From Methylorubrum extorquens (lineage in GTDB: Bacteria > Pseudomonadota > Alphaproteobacteria > Rhizobiales > Beijerinckiaceae): DNA of 32,000 nt. Shown piece by piece: positions 1 to 9,115 of the stretch (its first letter is position 1; each line of letters starts with the position of its first letter). The notes beneath the pieces are model-generated. The model was not told the origin of the DNA. It was given only the letters and a program-made list of their open reading frames with translations, and did not search any database. The translations under genes and the position numbers were made by a program. The DNA is taken from positions 2,580,001-2,612,000 of the forward strand of contig LT962688.1 of the NCBI GenBank assembly GCA_900234795.1, given 5' to 3'.

Positions 1-785
1 TGCAGGAGCTTATAGGCATCCTGGTACCAGGGGCTGTCGGGGAAGTTGTGGCCCAGCACCGCCGCGGCGGTCTGCGCCTCGCCGGTGAGGCCGAGCGCCA
101 TGTAGGCCTCGACCAGACGCTCCAGCGCCTCTTCGGCGTGGCGGGTCGTCTGGTACTTGCTGACCACGTCGCGGAAGCGGTTGATCGCCGCCGGGAAGGC
201 GCGCTTCTCGAGGTAGAAGCGGCCGACTTCCATCTCCTTGCCTGCGAGCTGGTCGCGGGTGATCTGGATCTTGGCCTTGGCGTCGGCGGCGTATTCGGAG
301 GTTGGGTACTTCTGCACCAGCTCCTGGAGGGCGACGAGGGCGCGCTCGGAGCGCTCCTGATCGCGGGTCACGTCCGGGATCTGCTTATATTGCGACATCG
401 CCATCAGGTACTGGGCGTAGGCCGCGTCCTTGCTCGCCGGGTGGCGCTGGAGGTAGCGCTTCGAGGCGTTGATGGCGTCGTCGTACTTCGCGCCCTCGTA
501 GTTCGCGTAGGCCGTCATCAGCAGCCCTTTCCGCGACCAGTCGGAATAGGTGTACTGCTTGTCGAGCTGATCGAACTGCTTGGCGGCGTTCTCGTAATCC
601 CTGTCTTCCATCTTCGCCAAGCCCTCGCTGTAGAGCTTGTCCGCGGGCGTATCCGGGATCGCCTCGGGCTTGTACTTTTCGGCAAAGAGGTTGGTCGGAT
701 CGAGGGCATCGCAGCCGCCGAGCCCGATGCCCAGGCTGAGGAGCACGGCCGCCATCGCGCCACGGGTCGGGAAGGTCACAGGCAT
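1..785 (-). CDS. bamD: Outer membrane protein assembly factor BamD (YfiO-like lipoprotein); C-terminus lies beyond the window edge
   Basis: Absent from the ORF track because it runs off the window. The reverse complement from the ATG at 785 reads MPVTFPTRGAMAAVLLSLGIGLGGCDALDP... with a lipobox (LGGC). TPR-like segments follow (DYENAAKQFDQL, KYDDAINASKRYLQRHP, EYAADAKAKIQITRDQLAGKEMEVGRFYLEKRAFPAAINRF). It lies directly downstream of lpxC. Confidence 0.85.
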   Translation of the reverse strand, partial: MPVTFPTRGAMAAVLLSLGIGLGGCDALDPTNLFAEKYKPEAIPDTPADKLYSEGLAKMEDRDYENAAKQFDQLDKQYTYSDWSRKGLLMTAYANYEGAKYDDAINASKRYLQRHPASKDAAYAQYLMAMSQYKQIPDVTRDQERSERALVALQELVQKYPTSEYAADAKAKIQITRDQLAGKEMEVGRFYLEKRAFPAAINRFRDVVSKYQTTRHAEEALERLVEAYMALGLTGEAQTAAAVLGHNFPDSPWYQDAYKLL

Positions 786-950
786 CGCGGTCAATTTCCC
801 TGTCAGGCCCGGCCGCTTGAGGAGCGGCGCGCGACCTACGCGCAGGCTTTTACGGTTGGCGGTCGATTCGGGCGTCAAAACGGCAGGGCGTAGGGAACCT
901 TTAAGGTATTCCGCCTGCGACGTGGATCGAGGGCCGATGTGGCGTCCGGG

Positions 951-1898
951 TTACAGTTCGGCGGCGAAGGCGGCGAGCCCGAGGCCGGCACCGAAGTCGG
1001 CGCGGGCGGTCTCGCGGCGGGTGCCCTGGCCCTCGACGATGGCGTAGTTCGCGCGATCGGCAAACAGGGCTTCGAGGATGCCGACATTCATGCGGTGGCC
1101 GCCGCAATAGGAGCGGTAGGCGCCCTGGAGCGGCAGGCCGGCCAGCGCGAGGTCGCCGACCGCATCGAGGAACTTGTGACGGACGAACTCGTCCGCGAAG
1201 CGCAGGCCTTCCGGGTTGACGACGGCGGTCTCGCCGACGGCGACCGTGTTGTCGAGGGAGGCGCCGAGCGCGAAGCCCGCCTTCCAGTAGCGCTCCACGT
1301 CCTTCATCATGCCGAAGGTGCGGGCGGGGGCGATCTCGCGGCGGTAGGCGGCCGGGGTCAGGTCCATCGCCTTGCGCGAGCGGCCGATCACCGGGGATTC
1401 GAAGTCGATCTCCACGTCGAGGCGGAAGCCGCGGTCGATCGGGCGAAGTTCGGCGAAGGCGCGGCCGGCCTCGATGCGAACGGGCTGGAGAACCTTGATC
1501 CAGCGGCGCGGGGCGCCGCAGAGGGCCAGGCCGACGCTGTCGATGGCCTGGACGAAGAGGCGGGCGCTGCCGTCGAGGATCGGCATCTCGGGGCCGTCGA
1601 TCTCGACCAGAGCGTTGTCGACACCGAGCCCGTAGAGGGCCGACATCAGATGCTCGATGGTGGCGACGGCACCGGTCTCGACGTCACCGATGACGGTGCA
1701 CAGCTCGGTGGCGGAGACGCAGGCGAAGTGGGCCTTGATGATCCGGTCGTTGCCGGTGGTCGTGCCCGTCCGGAGGAAGGCGATACCGTGGTTGGCTTTG
1801 GCGGGGTGGAGCGTGATCTCCGCCGGGTTGCCGGAGTGGACTCCGATACCGGTCAGCGTCACGGACGTTTTGAGTGTTGTCTGTTGGTTCGTCCGCAT
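951..1898 (-). CDS. lpxC: UDP-3-O-acyl-N-acetylglucosamine deacetylase
   Basis: 315-aa ORF. The N-terminus (QQTTLKTSVTLTGIGVHSGNPAEITLHPA), the HGIAFLRTG segment and the FVRHKFLDAVGDLALAG motif are typical of LpxC. Confidence 0.95.
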   Translation of the reverse strand: MRTNQQTTLKTSVTLTGIGVHSGNPAEITLHPAKANHGIAFLRTGTTTGNDRIIKAHFACVSATELCTVIGDVETGAVATIEHLMSALYGLGVDNALVEIDGPEMPILDGSARLFVQAIDSVGLALCGAPRRWIKVLQPVRIEAGRAFAELRPIDRGFRLDVEIDFESPVIGRSRKAMDLTPAAYRREIAPARTFGMMKDVERYWKAGFALGASLDNTVAVGETAVVNPEGLRFADEFVRHKFLDAVGDLALAGLPLQGAYRSYCGGHRMNVGILEALFADRANYAIVEGQGTRRETARADFGAGLGLAAFAAEL

Positions 1899-2150
1899 AC
1901 CTTAGCCCTCGGCCAGGATCCTTCCCGCGCATCCCGTTTTCGGGGGCGGTATGAGAAAGTCCGTCCGCTGCTTGAAGCCCCTGCGAGCGCTGGCAGTCAT
2001 CGACCGGCCGCGCCTTCTGTCGTTCCGGAAGCGTGTATAGCTGTGGCAATCAGGCCGGCCAAATCACGGATTCTTACGATCTGTTACAGCCACGGTTTCG
2101 CCACGATCTTTGAAAAGCATTTTCTGATCAGGGTCTTAACAAGTAGCTAA

Positions 2151-2174
2151 ACCCGGAACCTTGCGGTTCCGGGT
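2151..2174 (-). terminator. Perfect 10-bp hairpin downstream of ftsZ (acccggaacc-ttgc-ggttccgggt)
   Basis: Perfect inverted repeat about 75 nt past the ftsZ stop. On the minus strand it is followed by TTTAG, only a short U tract. Confidence 0.4.
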
Positions 2175-2247
2175 CTGTGGCCGAAATACCCCAATGAGGG
2201 TCGATGGAGGCCGAGTTGCCCCCATCGATCCACAGGCAATCCAGGTT

Positions 2248-4005
2248 TCAGTTCGCCTGACGGCGAAGGAAGGCCGGGATTTCGAGCTGGTCGTCTTCCA
2301 TCATCCGCGGCGGCAGGGCACGGCCCTGCGCGTCCAGATTGCCCTGAGCGGGCCGGTACTGCGGCGCCTGGGGCGCGGGCGCCCGCAGGGCCGGCTCGAC
2401 GCGGGGCGCGGCGACCGGAGCCGGAGCAGCGGCGCGGGGCGCCGGCACCGGAGCGGCCTCGGCTTCCTCGCGGCGACCGCCGAAACCGACCGTGGCGAGC
2501 CGGCGCAGCAGGGTCATGCGCTTGGAATCCTGGTTCGGCTCCGGCTGGGGCTCCTCGCCGCGGCTCTTGAGGATCTGCGCCTGGGTGTGGGGCGGCAGGT
2601 CCGAGATCTGCGGCATGCGCGGCGGGCGGGCGAGCTGCGGACGCGGCGGCACGTAGGGGCCGTTCGCGGCCTGAGCAGGCTCCTGGGCCTGGGCCGGGGC
2701 CGGCTGCTCGTAAGCCGGGACGGCGGCGCGGGCAGGGGCCTGGGTCAGCACGACATCGTGGTGGTGCATCGCCGGGGCGGGCTCGGCGCGCATCGGCTCC
2801 GGCGTTACCGGCTCCGACAGCATGGCCCGCGGGCCGGCGTTCGGGGCGAGCAGCGGCTCGGGGCCGGGGCGGTGCGACGGCTGGTGGCCGTTCTGCTGCG
2901 CCGCCTGATGCGTCGAGGCGGGGCTCAGGGCGGCGGAAGCGCGGGCGCGGGCCTCGGAGCGCAGACGCTCGGCGACCTCGGCGATGCGCTGCTCGGTCTG
3001 GGCGATTTCCGGGTTGTTCGGGGAATCGGCCGAGATCAGCGCCGGCTCTATGCCGGTGGCGACCACCGAGACTCGGATGATGCCGTCGAGGCTCTCGTCG
3101 AAGGTGGCGCCGAGGATGATGTTGGCATCCGAATCGACCTCCTCGCGGATGCGAGTGGCGGCTTCGTCGAGTTCGTAGAGGGTGAGGTCCGAGCCGCCGG
3201 TGATCGAGATCAGTAGGCCGCGGGCGCCCTTCATCGACACGTCGTCGAGGAGCGGGTTGGCGATGGCCGCTTCCGCCGCGCGGTTGGCCCGGTTCTCGCC
3301 GGACGCCTCGCCGGTGCCCATCATCGCCTTGCCCATGCCGCGCATGATCGCGCGCACGTCGGCGAAGTCGAGGTTGATCAGGCCTTCCTTGACCATCAGG
3401 TCGGTGATGCAGGCGACGCCCGAGTAGAGCACCTGGTCGGCCATCGCGAAGGCGTCGGCGAACGTGGTCTTCTCGTTGGCGACCCGGAACAGGTTCTGGT
3501 TCGGGATGACGATCAGGGTATCGACCGCCGCCTGAAGCTCCTGGATGCCGGCCTCGGCCGTGCGCATCCGGCGCATGCCCTCGAACTGGAAGGGCTTCGT
3601 CACGACGCCGACCGTCAGGATGCCCATGTCACGCGCCGCGCGGGCGATGACCGGGGCCGCGCCGGTGCCGGTGCCGCCGCCCATGCCGGCGGTGATGAAG
3701 GCCATATGCGCGCCCGAGAGCTGATCGCGGATCTCGTCGATCACCTCCTCGGCGGCGGCCGAGCCGACCTCGGGGTGCGAGCCGGCGCCGAGGCCCTGCG
3801 TCACGCCGATGCCCATCTGGATCACGCGCTCGGCCTTCGAGGAGGTGAGCGCCTGGGCGTCGGTGTTGGCCACGACGAACTCGCAGCCGAGCAGCCCCGA
3901 CTCGATCATGTTGTTGACGGCGTTACCGCCCGCGCCGCCGACGCCGAACACCGTGATGCGGGGCTTGAGTTCCCGGATGTCCGGAGCCTGAAGAGAGATG
4001 GCCAT
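2248..4005 (-). CDS. ftsZ: Cell division GTPase FtsZ
   Basis: 585 aa with [15 protein letters not shown] and the tubulin signature [11 protein letters not shown]. It has a long Pro/Ala-rich linker and the conserved C-terminal peptide [14 protein letters not shown]. Confidence 0.97.
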   Translation of the reverse strand: MAISLQAPDIRELKPRITVFGVGGAGGNAVNNMIESGLLGCEFVVANTDAQALTSSKAERVIQMGIGVTQGLGAGSHPEVGSAAAEEVIDEIRDQLSGAHMAFITAGMGGGTGTGAAPVIARAARDMGILTVGVVTKPFQFEGMRRMRTAEAGIQELQAAVDTLIVIPNQNLFRVANEKTTFADAFAMADQVLYSGVACITDLMVKEGLINLDFADVRAIMRGMGKAMMGTGEASGENRANRAAEAAIANPLLDDVSMKGARGLLISITGGSDLTLYELDEAATRIREEVDSDANIILGATFDESLDGIIRVSVVATGIEPALISADSPNNPEIAQTEQRIAEVAERLRSEARARASAALSPASTHQAAQQNGHQPSHRPGPEPLLAPNAGPRAMLSEPVTPEPMRAEPAPAMHHHDVVLTQAPARAAVPAYEQPAPAQAQEPAQAANGPYVPPRPQLARPPRMPQISDLPPHTQAQILKSRGEEPQPEPNQDSKRMTLLRRLATVGFGGRREEAEAAPVPAPRAAAPAPVAAPRVEPALRAPAPQAPQYRPAQGNLDAQGRALPPRMMEDDQLEIPAFLRRQAN

Positions 4006-4210
4006 GTGGTCGAACCCTTCGTGACTTTCGATTGCCTGAACGACGCCTTGTGACGCCTGCCCTGTCTTGCTTGTCCCGCGCTGGCCTCGCGGCGGCGCGG
4101 GGTCGTTCTGTTGGAGCCGTTCCCCGTCCCGTCAGGTCGGGGACGCCTCCAAGTCGTTGTTTTATCGCGATGTCTTCACGCGAACCGGAAACCCGACGCG
4201 CGACATCGCC

Positions 4211-5533
4211 CTAGAAACTTTCCCGGATCCAGCGACCGACCCGCGAGAAGTAGCCGTCCGTTCCCGTGCCGGCGAAGGCGCCCTGCCCCCGCGGCTCGAA
4301 ATGCTCCGCATGCGCCACCTGCGGGTAGACCAGCAGGCCGACCGAGGCCGAAAAGGCGGGCCCCTTGGCGGCTTCCGGCAGGCCGCGGATGCCGAGCGGG
4401 CGCCCGATCCGGACCTGTCCCTGAAGGATGCGGCGGGCCGTCTCCGGCATGCCGACGAGCTGGCTCGCGCCACCCGTGAGCACCACCCGGCGACCGGCCT
4501 GAGCGCCGAAGCCCGCATTGCGCAGGCGGTCGCGCACCAGTTCGAGAACCTCCTCGACCCGCGGCTTGACGATGCGCACGAGCTGCGAGCGCGGCACATG
4601 GCCGGGCGCCTCGCCCTCGTCCTCGCCGACGCCGTGCACGGCGATCATGTCCCGCTCGTCGGAGGCCGTGGCGATGGCCGAGCCGTAGAGGGTCTTCAGC
4701 CGCTCGGCGACGGAGACGCGGGTCGAGAGCCCGCGGGCGATGTCCATGGTGACGTGGTGGCCGCCGACCGCGACCGCGTCGCAATGAACGAGGTGGCCGC
4801 CCATGAAGACGCCGACGCTGGTGGTGCCGCCGCCCATATCCACAACGGCGCAGCCGAGTTCGGCCTCGTCGTCCACCAGCGCCGAGAGGCCGGCGGCGTA
4901 GGGCGTGGCGATCACCGCATCGACACCGAGATGGCAATGCTCGACCGCCAGCATCAGGTTGCGCGCGGCGGCCGCCTCGGCGGTGACGACGTGGAGATCG
5001 ACGCCGAGCGCGTTGCCGATCATGCCGGACGGGTCGATCACCGCGCCCTGCCCGTCCAGCGCGTAGCCGGTCGGCAGCGCGTGCAGCACTGCCCGACCGG
5101 GGCTGACGCCGTGGGCGCTCGCGGTCTCGAGAACCCGCTCGACGTCGGAGCCGGTGACGGTGCCGGAGCGGACGTTCACCCGCGCCTCGAAATGCTGCGA
5201 GGCGATGCGCCCGCCGGAAATGTTGACGATGACCGACTGGACCTCGGCCTTGGCCATCCGCTCGGCGGCGTGGACCGCCTGACGGATCGCGCCCTCGGCG
5301 GCCTCCAGATCGACGATGGCGCCGCCCTTGAGCCCGAGCGAGCGCTGGTGGCCGATGCCGATGATGCGGGCGAGATGGGTGCGCCCGCGCAGCGTCGACA
5401 TCGCCTCGGCCGGCTGCAGCTCGGCGATAAGGCAGACGACCTTGCTGGTGCCGATGTCGAGGACCGACATCGTCGCGCTCCGACGGGCGGAAAGCGGTTT
5501 CAGGCGCGGCGTGAGGCCGTGATGGGTCTGCAT
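4211..5533 (-). CDS. ftsA: Cell division protein FtsA (actin-like ATPase)
   Basis: 440 aa. Contains VLDIGTSKVVCLIAE, VVDMGGGTTSVGVF and VVLTGGASQLVGM, and sits between ftsQ and ftsZ. Confidence 0.95.
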   Translation of the reverse strand: MQTHHGLTPRLKPLSARRSATMSVLDIGTSKVVCLIAELQPAEAMSTLRGRTHLARIIGIGHQRSLGLKGGAIVDLEAAEGAIRQAVHAAERMAKAEVQSVIVNISGGRIASQHFEARVNVRSGTVTGSDVERVLETASAHGVSPGRAVLHALPTGYALDGQGAVIDPSGMIGNALGVDLHVVTAEAAAARNLMLAVEHCHLGVDAVIATPYAAGLSALVDDEAELGCAVVDMGGGTTSVGVFMGGHLVHCDAVAVGGHHVTMDIARGLSTRVSVAERLKTLYGSAIATASDERDMIAVHGVGEDEGEAPGHVPRSQLVRIVKPRVEEVLELVRDRLRNAGFGAQAGRRVVLTGGASQLVGMPETARRILQGQVRIGRPLGIRGLPEAAKGPAFSASVGLLVYPQVAHAEHFEPRGQGAFAGTGTDGYFSRVGRWIRESF

Positions 5534-5595
5534 CGGACGCTACTCGGCGGATACGCGACAGGGCACGGAAGAGAGTGCGGCGGGGCGGAACGCGC

Positions 5596-6534
5596 TCATG
5601 TCGCGGTCCCCTTTTTCGGCTTCTTGCGGCTCTCCGCCCGGGCGGCCGCAGCCTCCTCGGTCAGGCGCACCACGACGCGGTCGGCCATGCGCAGGTCCAC
5701 CGCAATGATGTCCTTCTCCAGAATCTTGCTTTCCCGCTCGAGCCGCACCAGCCGGGCGAGCGCCTCGGCGGGGTCGGCCTCGGGCAGGCGGATGTCGACG
5801 CCGTCGAGCTTGAGCGTCCAGCGCCGGCCGGAGACGTAGGTGCCGGCGCGGATGCGCGATCCGAGCGGACCGGCCGCCTCGATCAGCGCGAGATATTCCT
5901 TGAGGCGCTCGTTGGCGCCCGCGCCGACGACGAGCGGCAGGTTGACGTAGCGCTCGTCGCGCAGGTCATCGATCACCTTGCCGTCGGCGGCGATCACCTG
6001 GATCTCGCCGTTCTGCTGCCAGAGCGCGGCGGGCTCGCGCTCGACCTGATTGATGACGATCTCGTTGGGGTAGAGCTTCCGCACGGAGGCGCTGGCGATC
6101 AGCTTCTCGGCGAGCAGGCGATCACGCACGGCATCGACGTCGAGGAACGGCACGGAGGAGCGCCAGTCGATACCGGCGGTGCTCAGCACCTCGCGCTCGT
6201 ACATCCGCGACAGGCCGGTAATGGTCACCCGCTCGACGCCGAAGCCGGCGATCCGCGCGAGGATGTCGAGCGGCCGGCCATTCTCGGCGACGAAGCTATC
6301 GTAGCGCCCGCTCATGACGAAGCCGGTCAGCGCGACGGTGCCGGCAAGCCCGGCGACCAGCGCCGTGCCCGCGAGCCGCGGCACGCGTGCCTCGATCGGC
6401 ACCGCCGGCCGGAGCCGACGCGCCGACGAGAACCGCCTGAGGATCTTCGGGAGCCGCAGCCCCGCAAGGATCCCGCCGCTGCCGGGGTTACCGGCTGCGT
6501 TCAGCGGTTGAGAGAAGCGTCCTCCACCATCCAT
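5596..6534 (-). CDS. ftsQ: Cell division protein FtsQ (POTRA domain)
   Basis: 312 aa with one N-terminal TM segment (LAGTALVAGLAGTVALTGFVM). A POTRA-like region follows (VERVTITGLSRMYEREVL...LYPNEIVINQVEREPAALW). Position is ddl-ftsQ-ftsA. The start overlaps the ddl 3' end by 34 nt, so the start choice is not certain. Confidence 0.85.
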   Translation of the reverse strand: MDGGGRFSQPLNAAGNPGSGGILAGLRLPKILRRFSSARRLRPAVPIEARVPRLAGTALVAGLAGTVALTGFVMSGRYDSFVAENGRPLDILARIAGFGVERVTITGLSRMYEREVLSTAGIDWRSSVPFLDVDAVRDRLLAEKLIASASVRKLYPNEIVINQVEREPAALWQQNGEIQVIAADGKVIDDLRDERYVNLPLVVGAGANERLKEYLALIEAAGPLGSRIRAGTYVSGRRWTLKLDGVDIRLPEADPAEALARLVRLERESKILEKDIIAVDLRMADRVVVRLTEEAAAARAESRKKPKKGTAT

Positions 6535-7424
6535 CGGACGAGTTCACCGAAACTCTGGCCTGCGTGGGCCGCGATCTCCGGCACAAGGCTCGTCTGGGTC
6601 ATCCCTGGCTGCGTGTTGACCTCGAGGACGACGAGAGCGCCGGTTCCACCCGGCGTGTCGTCGTAACGAAGGTCGGCACGGCTGACGCCACGACATCCCA
6701 GTGCTTGATGCGCCGTTAACGCCAACTCTTGGACACGCTGGTAAATATTTAGTTTAAGATCCGCGGGGAGGACGTGGATCGACCCCCCTCCGGCGTACTT
6801 CGCATCGAAGTCGTACCACTCCCCCGAGACGGGCTTGATCTCGGTGACTCCGAGGGCCCGGTCGCCCAGCACCGCGCAGGTCAGCTCGCGGCCCGCAACG
6901 TAAGTCTCTGCAAGGACTTCCTCGCCGTAGACCCACTCGTCGGAGGCGAGAATCTGGGGCGGGTGCGAGCGCTCGTCACGCACGATGATGACCCCCATGG
7001 AGGAGCCCTCGGCGATCGGCTTCACGACATAGGGAGGGGTTAACGGGTGTGACTTCGCCGCATCATGACGGTTAACGACCCGGCCCTCCGGAACGCTGAC
7101 TCCGGCCGCGCGCATGACCGTTTTGGCACGTTCCTTGTGCATGGCGAGCGCCGAGGCCAGCACGCCGGAATGGGTGTAGGGGATCTTCAGGATCTCCAGG
7201 AGGCCCTGGATCGTGCCGTCCTCGCCGGCCGGGCCGTGGAGCGCGTTGAGCGCCGCGTCGGGCCGCAGATCGGTCAGCACCGTCGCGATGTCGGGCCCGA
7301 CATCGACGCGGGTGACGCGATACCCCTCCCCTTCCAGCGCTTCGGCGCAGGCATTGCCGGAGCGAAGCGAGATTTCCCGCTCGGAAGACCAGCCGCCCAT
7401 GAGGACGGCGACGTGCTTGGACAT
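6501..7424 (-). CDS. ddl: D-alanine--D-alanine ligase
   Basis: 307 aa. Contains VAVLMGGWSSEREISLRSG, ALHGPAGEDGTIQGLLE and EVNTQPGMTQTSL (ATP-grasp Ddl motifs). Confidence 0.95.
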   Translation of the reverse strand: MSKHVAVLMGGWSSEREISLRSGNACAEALEGEGYRVTRVDVGPDIATVLTDLRPDAALNALHGPAGEDGTIQGLLEILKIPYTHSGVLASALAMHKERAKTVMRAAGVSVPEGRVVNRHDAAKSHPLTPPYVVKPIAEGSSMGVIIVRDERSHPPQILASDEWVYGEEVLAETYVAGRELTCAVLGDRALGVTEIKPVSGEWYDFDAKYAGGGSIHVLPADLKLNIYQRVQELALTAHQALGCRGVSRADLRYDDTPGGTGALVVLEVNTQPGMTQTSLVPEIAAHAGQSFGELVRWMVEDASLNR

Positions 7425-7467
7425 GGTGGGGCTCCGTAGGCGAAGGTCGATTCCGGGGGCAGAGCGA

Positions 7468-8397
7468 TCAGGCGGGCGAGGCTTCGACGCCGATGCGCTT
7501 GATCTCCCAGTGCAGCTCGAAGCCCGAATGCTCGCGCACCCGGCGGCGCACCTCCTCGCCGAGCCCTTCGATGTCGGCGGCGGTGGCGCCGCCGCGGTTG
7601 ATCAGGAAGTTGCAGTGCATCTCGCTGACCTGGGCCCCGCCCCGGATCAGCCCACGGCAGCCGGCGGCGTCGATGAGCTGCCAGGCCTTGCCGCCCTCCG
7701 GGTTCTTGAAGGTCGAGCCGCCGGTGCGCTCGCGGATCGGCTGGGCGGCCTCGCGGGCGGCGGTCACCCGGTCCATCTCCGCCTCGATCGCCTCGCGGTC
7801 GCCGGGGCGGCCGCGGAAGGTGGCGCCCGTGAAGATCACGTCGTCCGGCGCCGAGGAGTGGCGATAGCGGAATCCCATCTCGGCATGGGTGAAGCGGCGG
7901 ACCTCGCCCTTCCGGTCGATGCCGCGGACCTCGACCAGCACGTCGGTAGTCTCGCCGCCATGCGCCCCGGCATTCATACGCAGCGCGCCACCGACGGAGC
8001 CGGGGATGCCGCGGAAGAAGGCGAGCCCGTCGAGGCTGGCTTCCGCCGCCGCCTTGGCGAGCCGCATGTCGGGCACAGCCGTGCCGGAGCGGATCGTCTC
8101 GCCGTCGATCTCGACCGAGCCGAAGGCCTTGCCGCCGAGCCGGATCGTCACGCCGGGAATGCCGCCGTCGCGCACGATCAGGTTCGAGCCAAGCCCGATC
8201 ACCGTGACCGGCACGGCTGGATCGAGGGCGGCGAGGAAGGCGGACAGATCCGCCTCGTCGGCCGGGCTGAACAGCACCTGCGCCGGCCCGCCGACGCGGA
8301 ACCACGTCAGGTCGGCCAGCGACTGATTTTCGAGGAGGCGGCCGCGAAGATCGGGTGCGGCGGCGCGGATCGCGTCGATGAGGGAGTGCGCGGTCAT
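7468..8397 (-). CDS. murB: UDP-N-acetylenolpyruvoylglucosamine reductase
   Basis: 309 aa. Contains [43 protein letters not shown] and GSTFKNP. Confidence 0.95.
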   Translation of the reverse strand: MTAHSLIDAIRAAAPDLRGRLLENQSLADLTWFRVGGPAQVLFSPADEADLSAFLAALDPAVPVTVIGLGSNLIVRDGGIPGVTIRLGGKAFGSVEIDGETIRSGTAVPDMRLAKAAAEASLDGLAFFRGIPGSVGGALRMNAGAHGGETTDVLVEVRGIDRKGEVRRFTHAEMGFRYRHSSAPDDVIFTGATFRGRPGDREAIEAEMDRVTAAREAAQPIRERTGGSTFKNPEGGKAWQLIDAAGCRGLIRGGAQVSEMHCNFLINRGGATAADIEGLGEEVRRRVREHSGFELHWEIKRIGVEASPA

Positions 8398-8441
8398 GCT
8401 AACCTGTCGCTCGTATCTGTCGATTCTGGCGGAGGACCGCG

Positions 8442-8699
8442 GTGGGACGGAGCTTGGTTTTCACACGCGCCGCCGCTCGCGCCTTGAGTCGGATGCCGCG
8501 GAATACCGAGGAATGGATTCGCGGCAAACTTCGTCAACTCGCCGACGATCCGTCCGCTCTCTCCAACAACGTCAAGGCCCTCAAGGGTGGCGACGACCGA
8601 TACCGCCTGCGGGTCGGCGACTGGCGGGTGCTCTTCACCATCGAGGCGGATCGGATCATTGTCCACGAGGTCGGTCCCAGGGGCTCGATCTACGGGTAG
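8442..8699 (+). CDS. Type II toxin, RelE/ParE superfamily
   Basis: 85 aa with a GTG start 5 nt after a GGAGGA SD. The end ([31 protein letters not shown]) is typical of RelE/StbE-like toxins. A small HTH partner gene follows immediately. Confidence 0.85.
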   Translation: MGRSLVFTRAAARALSRMPRNTEEWIRGKLRQLADDPSALSNNVKALKGGDDRYRLRVGDWRVLFTIEADRIIVHEVGPRGSIYG

Positions 8700-8709
8700 G
8701 AGAGGCACC

Positions 8710-9099
8710 ATGACCATCGTGCGGACCCGCACGCCCTCCGGCGAGGCGATCGTGATCCTGCCCGAGGCCGAGTTCGAGCGGCTGAGGGAGTTGGCCGAGG
8801 ACATGCTCGATACGCGCACGCTCGACGCTTCCGAGCGCCGGCTGGCGGCCGGCGAGGAGGAATTGCTCAGCGAGGACGACTTGGCTGCCTTGCGCCGGGC
8901 GCCGAGTCCCCTCGCCTTCTGGCGGGGCCGACGCGGCGTTGCTGCCGACGTGCTCGCACAACTTTGCGCGGTCGAGCCGAGCCTGCTGGCTGCGATCGAG
9001 CGGGGTGGGGTCACGGCCGAGCCCGCCCTCTACCAGCGGCTTGCGCGTGCCCTCGACGTCGATGTCGAGGATCTGGCACCCGAGGCGGCTGGCGCGTGA
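8710..9099 (+). CDS. Antitoxin, N-terminal neutralising region plus C-terminal XRE-type HTH
   Basis: I chose the ATG at 8710 (SD AGGAGAGG upstream, 10 nt after the toxin stop) over the upstream start of the 170-aa track ORF. This gives 129 aa, with an HTH-like segment FWRGRRGVAADVLAQLCAVEPSLLAAIERGGVTAEPALYQRLARALDV. Confidence 0.75.
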   Translation: MTIVRTRTPSGEAIVILPEAEFERLRELAEDMLDTRTLDASERRLAAGEEELLSEDDLAALRRAPSPLAFWRGRRGVAADVLAQLCAVEPSLLAAIERGGVTAEPALYQRLARALDVDVEDLAPEAAGA

Positions 9100-9115
9100 G
9101 GCGGGCGTACCCGCA

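Noticed and set aside
48-893. 281-aa plus-strand ORF at the left edge
   Set aside because: The translation is low-complexity (Arg/Gly/Leu/Val-rich) and lies antisense to a clear BamD reading frame. Long shadow ORFs like this are expected in high-GC DNA.
2248-4005. Unusually long FtsZ (585 aa) with a Pro/Ala-rich region of more than 200 aa
   Set aside because: Long disordered C-terminal linkers are normal for alphaproteobacterial FtsZ. The GTPase core and the C-terminal peptide are intact.
6716-7080. Possible CtrA boxes (TTAA-N7-TTAA) among the GTTAAC/TTAA words inside ddl
   Set aside because: I found no pair of TTAA half-sites with the 7-nt spacing. The nearest are TTAA-N7-TCTT and TTAA-N7-ATTT. 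Only the AT-rich patch itself is reported.
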